A stretch of DNA of 63,432 bases, filler included. It is 5 parts of 5 records of this genome, joined end to end, with 100 filler letters (N's around TTAATTAATTAA, not from the genome) between each part and the next. Parts side by side here need not be neighbours in the genome. Positions count along the whole stretch, not along the records: positions 28,674 to 49,270 come from SRR20825019_2279; positions 49,371 to 55,430 come from SRR20825019_2280; positions 55,531 to 63,432 come from SRR20825019_2283; 2 more parts are not named here. One strand, written 5' to 3'. Below the pieces are notes generated by a model. The model had not been told where the DNA came from. It ran no database searches and worked only from the letters and a program-made list of their open reading frames with translations. Numbering within the stretch: the first letter of the stretch is position 1; each line of letters opens with the position of its first letter. A program made the position numbers and the translations under genes. Shown here piece by piece: positions 45,334 to 56,150 of this stretch.

Positions 45334-46453
45334 GTGCTGGGTGCTGACGCCATTTCAGTGGTGTCGCAGGGTCTTGGGCATCTACAAAGAGGAGGATGGG
45401 CCCAAGGCACCAGTCAGGGTGAAGGGATCACGGGCCGGCCACCCGGCCCGGGTGGCCCGCAGTCCCGCCCACTGCCGAGACCCGGCGGCCACGCGACTCG
45501 ACCCGGCCCGGCCGGCTGACGGACCTGTCACTGAACGCGGGGTGATGGGCCATCATTCGAGGGCGCGGGTGGCCGGGGGGCGCCGGCCCCCAGTGAGCCC
45601 GGGAATCCCCGGTCGTGAGGGGCGCCGGGGGCGCGGCGGGCCGCCGGCGGGGGTGGAGAAAAACGACGGGTTCTGCTCAGAGTGTTGAGTGGCGTCCAGT
45701 GAGGAGTGACTGGACTTGTACTTGGGGAGGGCCCACACGAGATTGATCCTCCTCGAAACCCCAACTATAGTTGGCCATTGCAAGGCGGGACTGCAGGCCT
45801 CATCATCCAGTACCCTGTCTTGATGCCGTGGGGGGCGTATCAAAACGGTATGCTCGCTGTCTTGCAAGGTCGTTGTGAGGCCAATTTGAGTTGCCAACGG
45901 CGATAAGGCTGAACTCCCAGACTCCCCATGGCAACATGACTCCCATGCGCGGTCCGTTCATGGCCGCACGTGGCCTCAGTATGGCCTCCCGACACGCCGC
46001 AGCCTTGGGAACGAAGATCAAAGCCCATCTTCCTCGAAGAGGTACTGCCTCGAGCCTGACTGTGTTGTAAACGCTTGTCATTGCTCAACTGATCTGTGCG
46101 CGCCGCTCGCCCCCGCCGCGCCGGGCCACAGCGGCGCGGGGCAAGCGCGATTAGCCTGCGCTGGTGAGCTGGTTTGCACAACCCTCCCTCCTACTGGCCC
46201 ACTAAATGATGGCGTACCCGTACGGGCCTCATTGCCAGTGCAGCGACGGCCGTGCCCTTTCGGCTTCGTGCCACCACTCAAGAGACCGGCACTGCCCTAT
46301 CTTTTCCAAGACGACGAATTGTGGTTCATGAGCAGGCTATGGTGCCCTTGCCGAATGCCCAACTCCGCAACTTCAACCTCCCTACCCATAAAACTGGCTC
46401 TCAAAACCACATTCTCTTATAAAATATATATTACATATTTCATATTGATCAAT

Positions 46454-46768
46454 ATGTCTCGTGTGCGTGTGTTGAGTGAAAGGCTGATGAAGGCCGGAAA
46501 CGAAAGAACTCTGTCCGAAGGAATCCAAAAGTTCCACGAGCTTGCCCGCACGAGAAGCGGTTTTTTGGGTTTGGAGACCGCGTTGAAGCACGAGTCGAAC
46601 GGCCAGCGATGCATGGTGTTCAGCCAGTGGCGCTCCAAAGCCGAGTGGGAGGCCTTCATTGCTGATGACAAGACCCAGCACATCGTGCAAAAGCTGGAGC
46701 CTTTACAGAAGGAGCCTACTAAGCACCAAGTGCTGGTAGCCAAGAGCGAGAGCACTTTCTTGCTCTAG
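46454..46768 (+). CDS. ABM (antibiotic biosynthesis monooxygenase-like) dimeric alpha-beta barrel protein
   Basis: SGFLG.E.......N...VFSQWRSKAEWEAF pattern; intronless. Confidence 0.7.
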   Translation: MSRVRVLSERLMKAGNERTLSEGIQKFHELARTRSGFLGLETALKHESNGQRCMVFSQWRSKAEWEAFIADDKTQHIVQKLEPLQKEPTKHQVLVAKSESTFLL

Positions 46769-46999
46769 ACTATTCAATGCCTACTTGGGTGAGATTGAGC
46801 GCCACCTCACCTTTGCCGAGGTGTTGAAGCTGTCTTGACTGTATATTGAAATGTAAATAAAACTGTAGTATAAGTATGTCCTCGGTTTTTTCCACCACTT
46901 GTTTCGTGTAGCGGCAAGCAGTGGTGGCAACTTAGTTTGACTGCAGCAGTCACGGTGCACTCGTCATGACACTCAGGTCTTGACATGGTGTATCTGAAC

Positions 47000-48697
47000 A
47001 TCTTTTACTCACCTAACCTCTTGTCAGTTTTCACACTTAACTCGGCAAATGATACGACTATCGTCCCTGTGCCAGTCTCAGAGTCCTGTGTGAAATGCTT
47101 TTGCAACTATGTCTGAACTTCATCAATAGAAGTGCATCATGATGATACAATTCAAAGTAAGAAGACCTACGACATCCTGAAGTACTCACCAAATATAGTT
47201 AGGGTTTCGACTAATTGTTCTTGCGAAATGCTCCCGAATTTTCTGCGTTTCTGTTATAGTTGTACTACCTGAAGAGCGTGCTTTGGCCACGACCAACAGT
47301 CAATCAGCTCATACGACACCATTTGTGCAATCATTAAGAAATCATGTGAAAAAATTGCCAGGTATATCATTTATAGATCCGGATTGGCAGGGCATCGTAC
47401 TTTGTTCTTACAGTACTGTGCTGCTACTCATTTTTTCTTGGCAGCCTGGCCCGTCTGCCGCTGTGCCATGTCGACCATCTGATTGTCATTGTACTTGCGG
47501 AGCCAGATTTTGCTTGCTACACGTTGGAGACTGTAAGTTCTCAACCCCATCCATTACACCAGACCAACAGCTAGCCATAACAATGCCAAGTAGAAATAGA
47601 ATGCAAAAACTTAGACACGGAACATGATCGATATGCACATCTCCATAGTTTTCTAAAATTAGAAACTTTCGGGAAATCTTCCATTTCCACCCTTGCCATG
47701 GTACTGCAGACTTACCGAAGAGCACGACGCAGAGAAGCGCAGTGGTACCGTACTGATCCCACCAGGACAGCTTCGACACGGCTTCTTTCGCGTTCGCGCC
47801 GCGTTTCTCAAAACTCATGATGTCAATAGTGCCAGCCCTAAAAGGGTTGTTAAAACTGAAACACAAACTCCAGGTTTGCTCGTACCTCATGTCCGATGGA
47901 ATAATGGTTATCGTAAACGTGTCTGGGGCAGAAATCACAAGCTGGCAGTGGCCAGGCAGTACTCCATGGTGCTAATAGTGAACAATATGGTTAGGCGGTA
48001 CATGGAACATGATATGAGAAGCAGCGAGAAGGACATGCTAAACAGCAACTGCACTCCACCACCACAACGTACCCTACTAAAAGAGTGCCAAGTGGAGCCT
48101 TGGCGATAAAGGAGGAAATCAAAAACCTTTTCAAATGGAGCAACCTCTGCAAGTAGGACAGTCAGATTATACTTTGCACCAGTTGCCAAATTTGTTGACA
48201 CAAGTTGAGTTTACCATCGAGCTCTCCAGAAGCCTCGGCAGCTGTTTCATAGTAACTTCCCGCTCGCCCATTTTCACGAAGCAAACTGCGTCAGCATTAA
48301 TACCAGTGCCTCATCTAGCAACAGAAGGAAAGGCTCCACACCCACATCTTTACCGAGCGTGAGGCACCCGAATAATCGACCATTTCACCTGATAGCATGG
48401 AGCCATCGCTACTCTTTTGAAGGGAGAGTTTCGCGCGATCGCCAGAGGTCTTCGCCTGTACCGCTTCCATTAGGACGTAACTCTCACGATCATCATCTGG
48501 CCCAGCTTCGAGAAATACGTGGTTTGTCATCATGCTCCATTCACTGGAAAATTATGAAGTCGTGTTTAAATTAGAGGTGCTGGGTCATAAACCTGTCAAC
48601 TGACCCACCCGTCAAAAAATGAGGCTGTGTCAAAAGCGGACGATGTTGCAGCAGTGGCAAGAACCAAAACCAGGGCAACAATACACTTATTTCCCAT
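47000..48697 (-). CDS. Putative secreted/membrane multi-exon protein of unknown function
   Basis: Signal peptide MGNKCIVALVLVLATAATS, followed by exon-sized ORFs with GT-AG boundaries and hydrophobic segments. 3' end unresolved. Confidence 0.4.
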
Positions 48698-49270
48698 TGC
48701 GGTGATTGACAGAGAGCCGGAAGAATGGTGACCGTGATACTTGTAAGTTAGAAAACGTTTCCATTAAAAGTCTCGGCTGCCACCGTCACTGAAGCTTCCC
48801 GGGGGCCAATGTCGGCCAGTCGGGCTGGGCCGCTGGCGGCCGGCAGGGCGGGCTTACAGAGTTCGCCGCCCACGACGGCACGCCGGGCGGGACCGGCGGC
48901 GCGCGGCGGCACGACTGCATGGCCGTCGGGCTCGCATGCGTCATCGCCCCCGGTCCCGGCGCCCGCCGGGCCGCGGCCGCCCGGCGCCGCGCGGGGGCCG
49001 GGCAACCGGGGGTGCAGGGCCCGGGGGGCCCGGCGGTGACCGGGCACGTCAGTCCATGATTGATCCGTTACAAAGGAAATGCCGTTTCCGATCGAAGGGA
49101 TGATCTGGTTGAGTGGGTAGCATGAGAAGATTGTTAGTAATCACAACGCATGAATCAATCAGGAATTCCAATACAAGACCGTGCTGCTTCACCTGGGCCA
49201 AGACCACCCGGACAGAAAGAAATGCATCTATGGCAGCGGAAGCTACACCCGCGCGAATGCGGAATTCATG

Positions 49271-49370
49271 NNNNNNNNNNNNNNNNNNNNNNNNNNNNNN
49301 NNNNNNNNNNNNNNTTAATTAATTAANNNNNNNNNNNNNNNNNNNNNNNNNNNNNNNNNNNNNNNNNNNN
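49271..49370. other. Artificial contig spacer
   Basis: N44-TTAATTAATTAA-N44. Confidence 0.99.
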
Positions 49371-49778
49371 AAGCCGGGCCAGACCTGGCAAGCAGGTCCC
49401 TGGCGAGGAGCCGGAGCGGACTGAGCTGGCCAGTCAGTGTGGTGGCCAGGACCGAAGTCCCCGGCGTCCGGCGGTCCCGCCTGAGTCCCGCGGTCCCGCA
49501 GCCCGTCGTGGCTGAGTGCGGCCACGGGCCCGCCGCGGCCCGGCCCGGGCGGTCCCTCCTGGTCAGTTGACGGCATGCTTGGCATTCGGGTCCTCACCAT
49601 GCGCCCGGCGCCCCGGCGCCCCGGCGGCGGCGGCGGGCCGCGGACGGGCGAACGATGGTGTCAGCAGTGCCCCGGGGCCCGGTAGAACTTGGTGAAATAC
49701 TTGATGCATCCGCAGGCCTTTAGAGAACAGGTCTGAACCGCGGACAAGACGGAGCCGGTGTGAGACCGCGGGCTGCGG

Positions 49779-51353
49779 ATGGTGGGAGGTCTCGGCACTG
49801 CGGCCGCGGTATGGATGGTCCTCTTGAGCACCGCAACAGCACACACAGGTGACAAGTTCGTGGTGGGACTGTGCTGTGCTTGGGGCTAGAGGGACTGACA
49901 TGTTTGTTAGGTGTTGTGAGGCTCGATGTCGAGCAGAGCCGGAGCACTGGCCCCTGGAGCGACAGTACTTTCACAGGTGTTGGGGGTGTGGACTTCACCT
50001 CTGCACAGCCCTCGTCTTTCCACGTCAGTCGTCTCACTCCGTCATTGTTCAACATTTATATATGTGTTTGCAGGTGGGCCATTGCGTCCCCGGCGTGGAC
50101 GCAGACTGCAAGGAGCTGTCATACGTGGCCAAGGTTCCCAAGGTACGGCTGATTGAAGGATGGGAGCAGCGGCCTGCTGACGATCCTGGCATTGCTTAGT
50201 CCGTCCTCCGTGATGCCCTGATGGCATCGCTCCGCGGGGAGTATCCGGGCCCTGGTAAGTACCACGGGAGCATTCGCACATGCAGCGGCAGGTGGTGACT
50301 GAGAGGTGCAGAAGTAAGCAAGATGGAGGGGGACATGAAGGTCCTGCTCGACGCTGTCATCGTGTGGATCAGCCTGCCCCGGGATGTGTTCTGGGTCAAC
50401 CTCAAGCCCAGCATGCCCGACCACATCGTGGATCCGCGTTTCGCCGCCACCAATACCGCTCGCATCCTGTTGGAGACAGATATCCTCCTCAAGAAAGCGT
50501 GAGGCTATCGTGGGTCTGTGTGTGTGACCAGCGGGGCCGCTGACCATGACGCAGGGTGGCGCGGTTTCTGCATCCTGAGATGGCGGAGGGGAAGCGGTTC
50601 TGGAGCCAGGTGCTCCAGGGTGTGACCGCCGGAAACGCAGATATGTCGCGGGGGATGTGTTTCTTTATCAGACAGTGGATTCTCTCGGGAAAGTCATCTC
50701 TAGCCGAGGACCGGGATATCGTATATGTGGAATCCGCGCCATTGGATGTGGAGTTTGAGTCAGAGCATTACAAGAGTGCTTTGTCGTTCCCCGAAAGGTG
50801 AGGCGGTGTGCATATACTGCCGGCAGGTGAACTGAGACTATACCATTTGTGATAGTGAAGGCGCATGTCCTCCGGACGCCGACATACGAGTGCAAAAGCT
50901 CGCCGAAAGCGTCATCCGGAATTGCACTTTGGATAGCCTCCGAGCGTACATCAACGATGCTCCCGAGGTATGAGGATATCAGGTGAAGAGAGCAAAACTT
51001 AAATCCGCGTTTCACAGTTCCACACACTCCGATGGACATACTATGCTAGGGTGCTTGCAGAGTGGCTCCTGAATAACCCAAGTGGCCAACATATCATGCA
51101 CAATGCCCAAGACGCGATTCGCCAAGGGCGGCACCAACCGCCGCGGTTTCACCTCCCCAGTGATTTCTCTCCATTTGATCCTCGTGGTGTGTGGGAAAGC
51201 TATATCGAGTACATCCGAGTGGGAGACTTCTCTGTTAAGAAGAGATTCAAATATAAGGTGGATGGCCATGAGTATGTCAAGATCCATACACTCGCATATG
51301 GTGCAATCAACTTCACTCATGTTGACGATGTAATCGTTCACCATCATCCGTGA
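49779..51353 (+). CDS. Secreted protein (8 exons) resembling an uncharacterised bacterial family (GGVDF / FWVNL.P / LLE.D..LKK)
   Basis: Seven GT-AG introns can be removed to give a ~390-aa open frame with a signal peptide. Confidence 0.75.
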
Positions 51354-54300
51354 ACCCCCCCCAGAATATACGAACAAGAGAGTTCAAACCAACAATACAC
51401 AGAGCCAGAATCAAACACGAAAAGACAAAGTTGCTGTCATAGAGAAGGCTTCGCGAATCATGGGCAGCGTATACATTTGGCCAGCAATATTTATTGGTGT
51501 ATTGTGGGAAGACCGCAATGAGGGATTGCACATTGGACCGGGCAACCTCTTGCAGCAATAAATCAACCCCCTGTGCTATGTTGAACCGCGTTCACACTGA
51601 TGCTCCGCAGGACAACGGACTCGGTCATCGCCCAGCAGTGGATGAGGTTGGCAAGGTACCCACATATGCAGCCTTGGCCTTCTCAAAGCACTGGCGTAGT
51701 TCCGACACCCGATCCTCGGTGTGGGCCTCGAACCGCCTCGTGAGAGTCCCTAGCTTAAGCGTGCTTGCTCCCAACTTGCTACGGATGGAGTCTATCTGTC
51801 CTTCGAGCTCCTCAATGTAGGCCCCCAATGACTGCGTCATCTCGCGAGCTTCGAGCTTGGATGCCTCAATCTCAGCATTCAGCCACTGGATGGATGACTT
51901 CAGTTTCTTCTTGTGCTCCTTGGCTGGCATCACACACACGTTAGGAAAATCAAGGAATACTCAAGCACTGCTTGTTGCCCATACCTTTCACAATGGCCTT
52001 TTCGATGTCGTCCCGCTGCAGAGCCAGGCATCGTGCATAGTCTCGCTCAGGCTGGTAGTACATGGTGGTAGGACTGATGTTGCTGTTCTCATCAAACACG
52101 CTGGTGTCTCCCTTGCATGCTTTGTCACTGTGGACAATCTCACCGCAGGCAGAGGCAATCGACTCTTGAATCCTATTCTTACGCTCGTCGAGTGTCTCCC
52201 GCTTAAACGTGCACCTGCGTATCGTGGGCGCCACCATGCTCCCGACGGCGTCGGTGGATTTGGGGGATTTTTTCGACTTTCTCTTGACGCGCTTGCTGCC
52301 TACGCGTTTCTTCGCAGACACATCTGCATTATCAAGGTTAGACTGTGAAGCACATCGCAGCAAGCCTAGTTACGGTACCAGTTTCATCCCTGGGCTCACT
52401 ACGCAAACAATAGCATTTCTTTCCATCAATCATTCTGGACTCGAGGCAGAGGTACATTCCTTCAGCACGGCTGGTCTGGGTCTGCACATTCACATATTCA
52501 TCTCGCAGTCTATTCAGCTCCGCCTGGAGATCGTTCTGCCTCTGGATGATGGATTCGTCGATGGATCCGGACGACTTCTTTTCCTTCATGAGACTTTTTT
52601 CTTCCTTGGCGAGTGCCGCTATCTCCCCAAGAATGGCATCTAGATCACCGCGCTGAGCACTGTTGACGCGCTCCATGTGGGGAAGATCAGACTCGAATGC
52701 CGACCGTTGGTTGTTCAACTTTTGCTGCATCGGTACCAGGATATTGGTATAAACCCACTTCAACTTCCTTCTCTTCGCACTTGCATCCATGGATAGGCTC
52801 GACCACGTGGTCTGAACACCACTCAGGCCCTGTCCAACAGAATCAGCACACGGTTTTACCACAGCCCCTGAGATTACTTACCGGAATCCGGGATCTATGC
52901 TTCTTGAAGGGACCCGAAGATATTTCTTTACCACCCTTGCAGGTAGGGCAGTACCCACTACCAGATTCTTCGTGAAGCCGGGCGCAGACCTCCTGGACAG
53001 GGCACCTAAAGCTATCAAACATACCTCTGCCTCCATCCATGCAGCCATATATGACGTAGTTGGGCAGGATGGCATCCGACCCGGCCGCGCGCCGTTGCAT
53101 TCCCTCCACCAGTAACGCATCATCACCATCGATGCCGAACCACTTGAACATGCTTTCATTGAGCCTTGGATCAAAGAGTTTCACCTTCTCTTCGTCAAAC
53201 GATGTGTCAAACACGACCAAGTCGGCCCGTGAATCCGCCTGGGAACTTTGTAGGAAAGGCCATATATTGACATATGTGCACACAAACATCTTACACAAGT
53301 CACAAGAGGACTTCGCCTTGCTCGACGACTTTGCAAATTCCTGCATAAAGGAACTGACCGAGCGAACAGGTGGCCCATGGGGTTGCAGGGCGCTCTCCAG
53401 GGCAGTGTCCTGCCTGGCCTGAATCTCCGTGTCTCCATCCTCGTCGGCATCCGAATCACCTATCTCCAACATAGACATGAGTCCAGAGGTCGTCTTGCCT
53501 TCAGGGGAAGGGCAGGTCATCGGGTTGCTGAAGCAGTCCAATACGTCTGAAAACGCGGCGGACATCATCGCCTCCACAGAATACGCTTCCTCCGATGATA
53601 CCTGAATGATTCCCTTCAGCTTCTCCATCTCCGCCATCGCGCCCAACCGGACCTGCTCTGTCTTCCGAGCAGCTTCCGCCTTGTTCTGGGAGAGCAGGGC
53701 GGTGTGTACCTGTGCCTCCTGCAGCACCAACGCAATCTGTCGAATTCCATTTTCGCAGCTTGCTTTTGCTCGCCGTATTTGCTCGATCAGAACGGCAAGA
53801 GAATTGAGCCTTCCCCTCAAATCATGGATGGGGTCGTACGTCACGGTGCCGCAACCCGCTTCACACACGTCGGCCTGGTCAAGGCACGGGGGCTCCGGGA
53901 TAGATAAGTAGTCGACATGAATACTAGGAGGTACAAACGCCCGGGGGCCCTCATGCTCAGTGTTATCACGGTCACCGGGTGGTGCCTCCTCCAGGGCCTT
54001 TCTCCCGTCGCTCCTTGGGCACACACAGTAATCCCCGTCATCCACAGTGCTCTTGACAAGGGTAGTTTCTTTCAACACGCGGACCCGGCTGGTAACCTCG
54101 TCGCGCAGGCCTTGCACCTCCTGCCGCAGGCGTGTTATCTCTGTCGACTCTAGGGTCTGCACGCCAACCACCTCAGCCCACACACTCGTCAATGGCTTCC
54201 TTCTACCTACCTCCCGAATTTCAGTGGTGAGAGTGCTGATTTTATCGTTTTCTCCGTTCAAGTCCTCCACGAGTTGTTCAAAGTCGGACTTGCAGGAGGC

Positions 54301-54895
54301 CACCTCGCTCTCCAGCAGTCGCTTGACCTCCAAGCCTGCTTCCATGGGATCCCCACTGCCTGAAGTGAGTTGCATACGGCTCAAAAAGCTATCTACCTCG
54401 TTCTGGTAACTACGTTACTATCCACACCATTACGTCGGCCATGCCTTCACTCACCTTCGCCGTGGCACGGGCGGCATGGGAAGGGGCGCCCTCCTTCACA
54501 AATGACGGGCATGTTGTCCCCGCCGTGCACAGCCCCACTGCTTCACAAACCACGTGTGTTGGGCAAGCGAAGGGCTCAAACTGCACTCTGGACCCCTCGA
54601 AGTCCGCATAGCACCCGTTCACTTGCAGTGTCTGCACCTTACGCTCAACTTCAGCGCGCTCCGCGCTGCTCAACCCAACGCCGGCCTCAGAAGGCAAGCT
54701 AACACCCACAGAGGCCGGCACCCCCGCAGACGTAAACTCACTCCATATGGGCCACCGTAGAGTCTGCCCACATGCATACTGCTTGCATGCTTCGCATTTA
54801 TCGGCAGAAGCGGGCAGGCTGAGGCACAACGCCACCATGGCAACTGCCACGGCCTGACACAGCCACGGCACCACACGGCCGCCGCGACCCCACAT
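51313..54895 (-). CDS. Large multi-exon protein: signal peptide, Cys-rich N-terminus, long coiled coils, C-terminal TM
   Basis: Consecutive minus-strand ORFs (54410-54895, 52843-54384, 52338-52862, 51950-52363, 51625-51939, 51313-51558) are apparently joined by short introns; not every junction was resolved. Confidence 0.6.
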
Positions 54896-55430
54896 GTTGT
54901 TATGGCAGCTTTAGTAGGTCTACGGACACCTCCATATAGTCTCAGACTAAACCCAACGACAGGGGTACGTGGTGTTGGTGTGTTGTGAACTCTCTCCACA
55001 GCTGACGGCACAACTCCCAAGAACGTGGCACGGCAGGAGGGCCACGGCCTTGCCGGCGAGGTCGCGTCCACATCCTCCGGCGAGTCACGGGCAGGCCTCC
55101 GGCGCCTGCCGGCCCGGGCCGCGCGGCCCGGGCCTGCTGGGCCAGCGGGCGCCCGGCGGCGGCACGCCTCTCATCATTACACGCCGTGTTCCTACTACAC
55201 CCTTGATCCGTTCGCTATACCGAGACTCGTGCCGGCTAGTCAAGATTTGGCGGCGTAAGTAAGGTGAGGCGTCAGCAGTCCTGATCGCCGGCCGGACAAG
55301 TTTCGCGATCATCAACGGTCCCGCGGTCCTCCGCCGCCCGGCCGCACCCCGGCGACCGCGGGCCCGGTCCGGCACCGGCTCGGCGGCCCGGGCGGCCCGG
55401 GCGTCGCCCCCCCCCCCCCCCCCCCCCCCC

Positions 55431-55530
55431 NNNNNNNNNNNNNNNNNNNNNNNNNNNNNNNNNNNNNNNNNNNNTTAATTAATTAANNNNNNNNNNNNNN
55501 NNNNNNNNNNNNNNNNNNNNNNNNNNNNNN
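55431..55530. other. Artificial contig spacer
   Basis: N44-TTAATTAATTAA-N44. Confidence 0.99.
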
Positions 55531-55531
55531 T

Positions 55532-55894
55532 GTGACCAACTACTTCCTGACCAACAACATTTCCGGTGCATGGTGTGGTTCTTTCTTTGCCAACGAAGAA
55601 CGTTGGAACGAACTTCCGGAACATCTGAAAGTTCTGTTCAAGCTGTGCATGGATAGCTCGCACTATTATCGCCAGCATTGGTACTGGGGTGGTGAAGCCA
55701 AGCTTCGGACCCAGGGTACGAAGCTGAAGCTGACTTCGATCCCCGATGCGGAATGGGCGACGGTTGAAGCCGAAGCACATAAATTCTGGGACGAGATTGC
55801 ACAGACCAGCCCGCGTTGCGCCAGAGTTGTGGACATCTTCAAACAGTATGCTGCCGTGATGGAAAAAGCGGGCAAGCCGTATCGTTACAGCTAA
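55532..55894 (+). CDS. TRAP transporter substrate-binding protein C-terminus (5'-truncated)
   Basis: ANEERWNELPEHLK and FWDEIAQTSPR..RVV motifs of DctP/TakP-type SBPs. Confidence 0.8.
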   Translation: MTNYFLTNNISGAWCGSFFANEERWNELPEHLKVLFKLCMDSSHYYRQHWYWGGEAKLRTQGTKLKLTSIPDAEWATVEAEAHKFWDEIAQTSPRCARVVDIFKQYAAVMEKAGKPYRYS

Positions 55895-55923
55895 GCCAAT
55901 CGGGAATGGTCACATTTGACCGG

Positions 55924-55964
55924 GCAGGGGGCGCAGGCGCATCATTTGTGTCTGTGTTCCTTGC
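55924..55964 (+). terminator. 18-bp RNA hairpin downstream of the SBP gene
   Basis: GCAGGGGGCGCAGGCGCA-TCATT-TGTGTCTGTGTTCCTTGC pairs fully when six G-U pairs are allowed. Confidence 0.55.
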
Positions 55965-55992
55965 ATTCCCTAGGGTTTAGTTGATGTTCCAG

Positions 55993-56060
55993 TTTGTAAC
56001 AAATAATACAAATAAGCAAAATTTATGTTTATTTGTTGCATAGTGTAATTTATATTACGC
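55993..56060. promoter_or_regulatory. Two GTA-N8-TAC palindromic operator-like sites
   Basis: TTTGTA-N8-TACAAA (55993-56012) and GTGTAATTTATATTACGC (56043-56060) in an AT-rich region upstream of the GS-like gene. Confidence 0.55.
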
Positions 56061-56150
56061 AACAAGACGTCACAAGACGCGATGACCAAAAACGGGCAGG
56101 AACCGGTCAGTCCGATACAAAAACAAAGCCCAAATCACAGGAGGCCGCCG

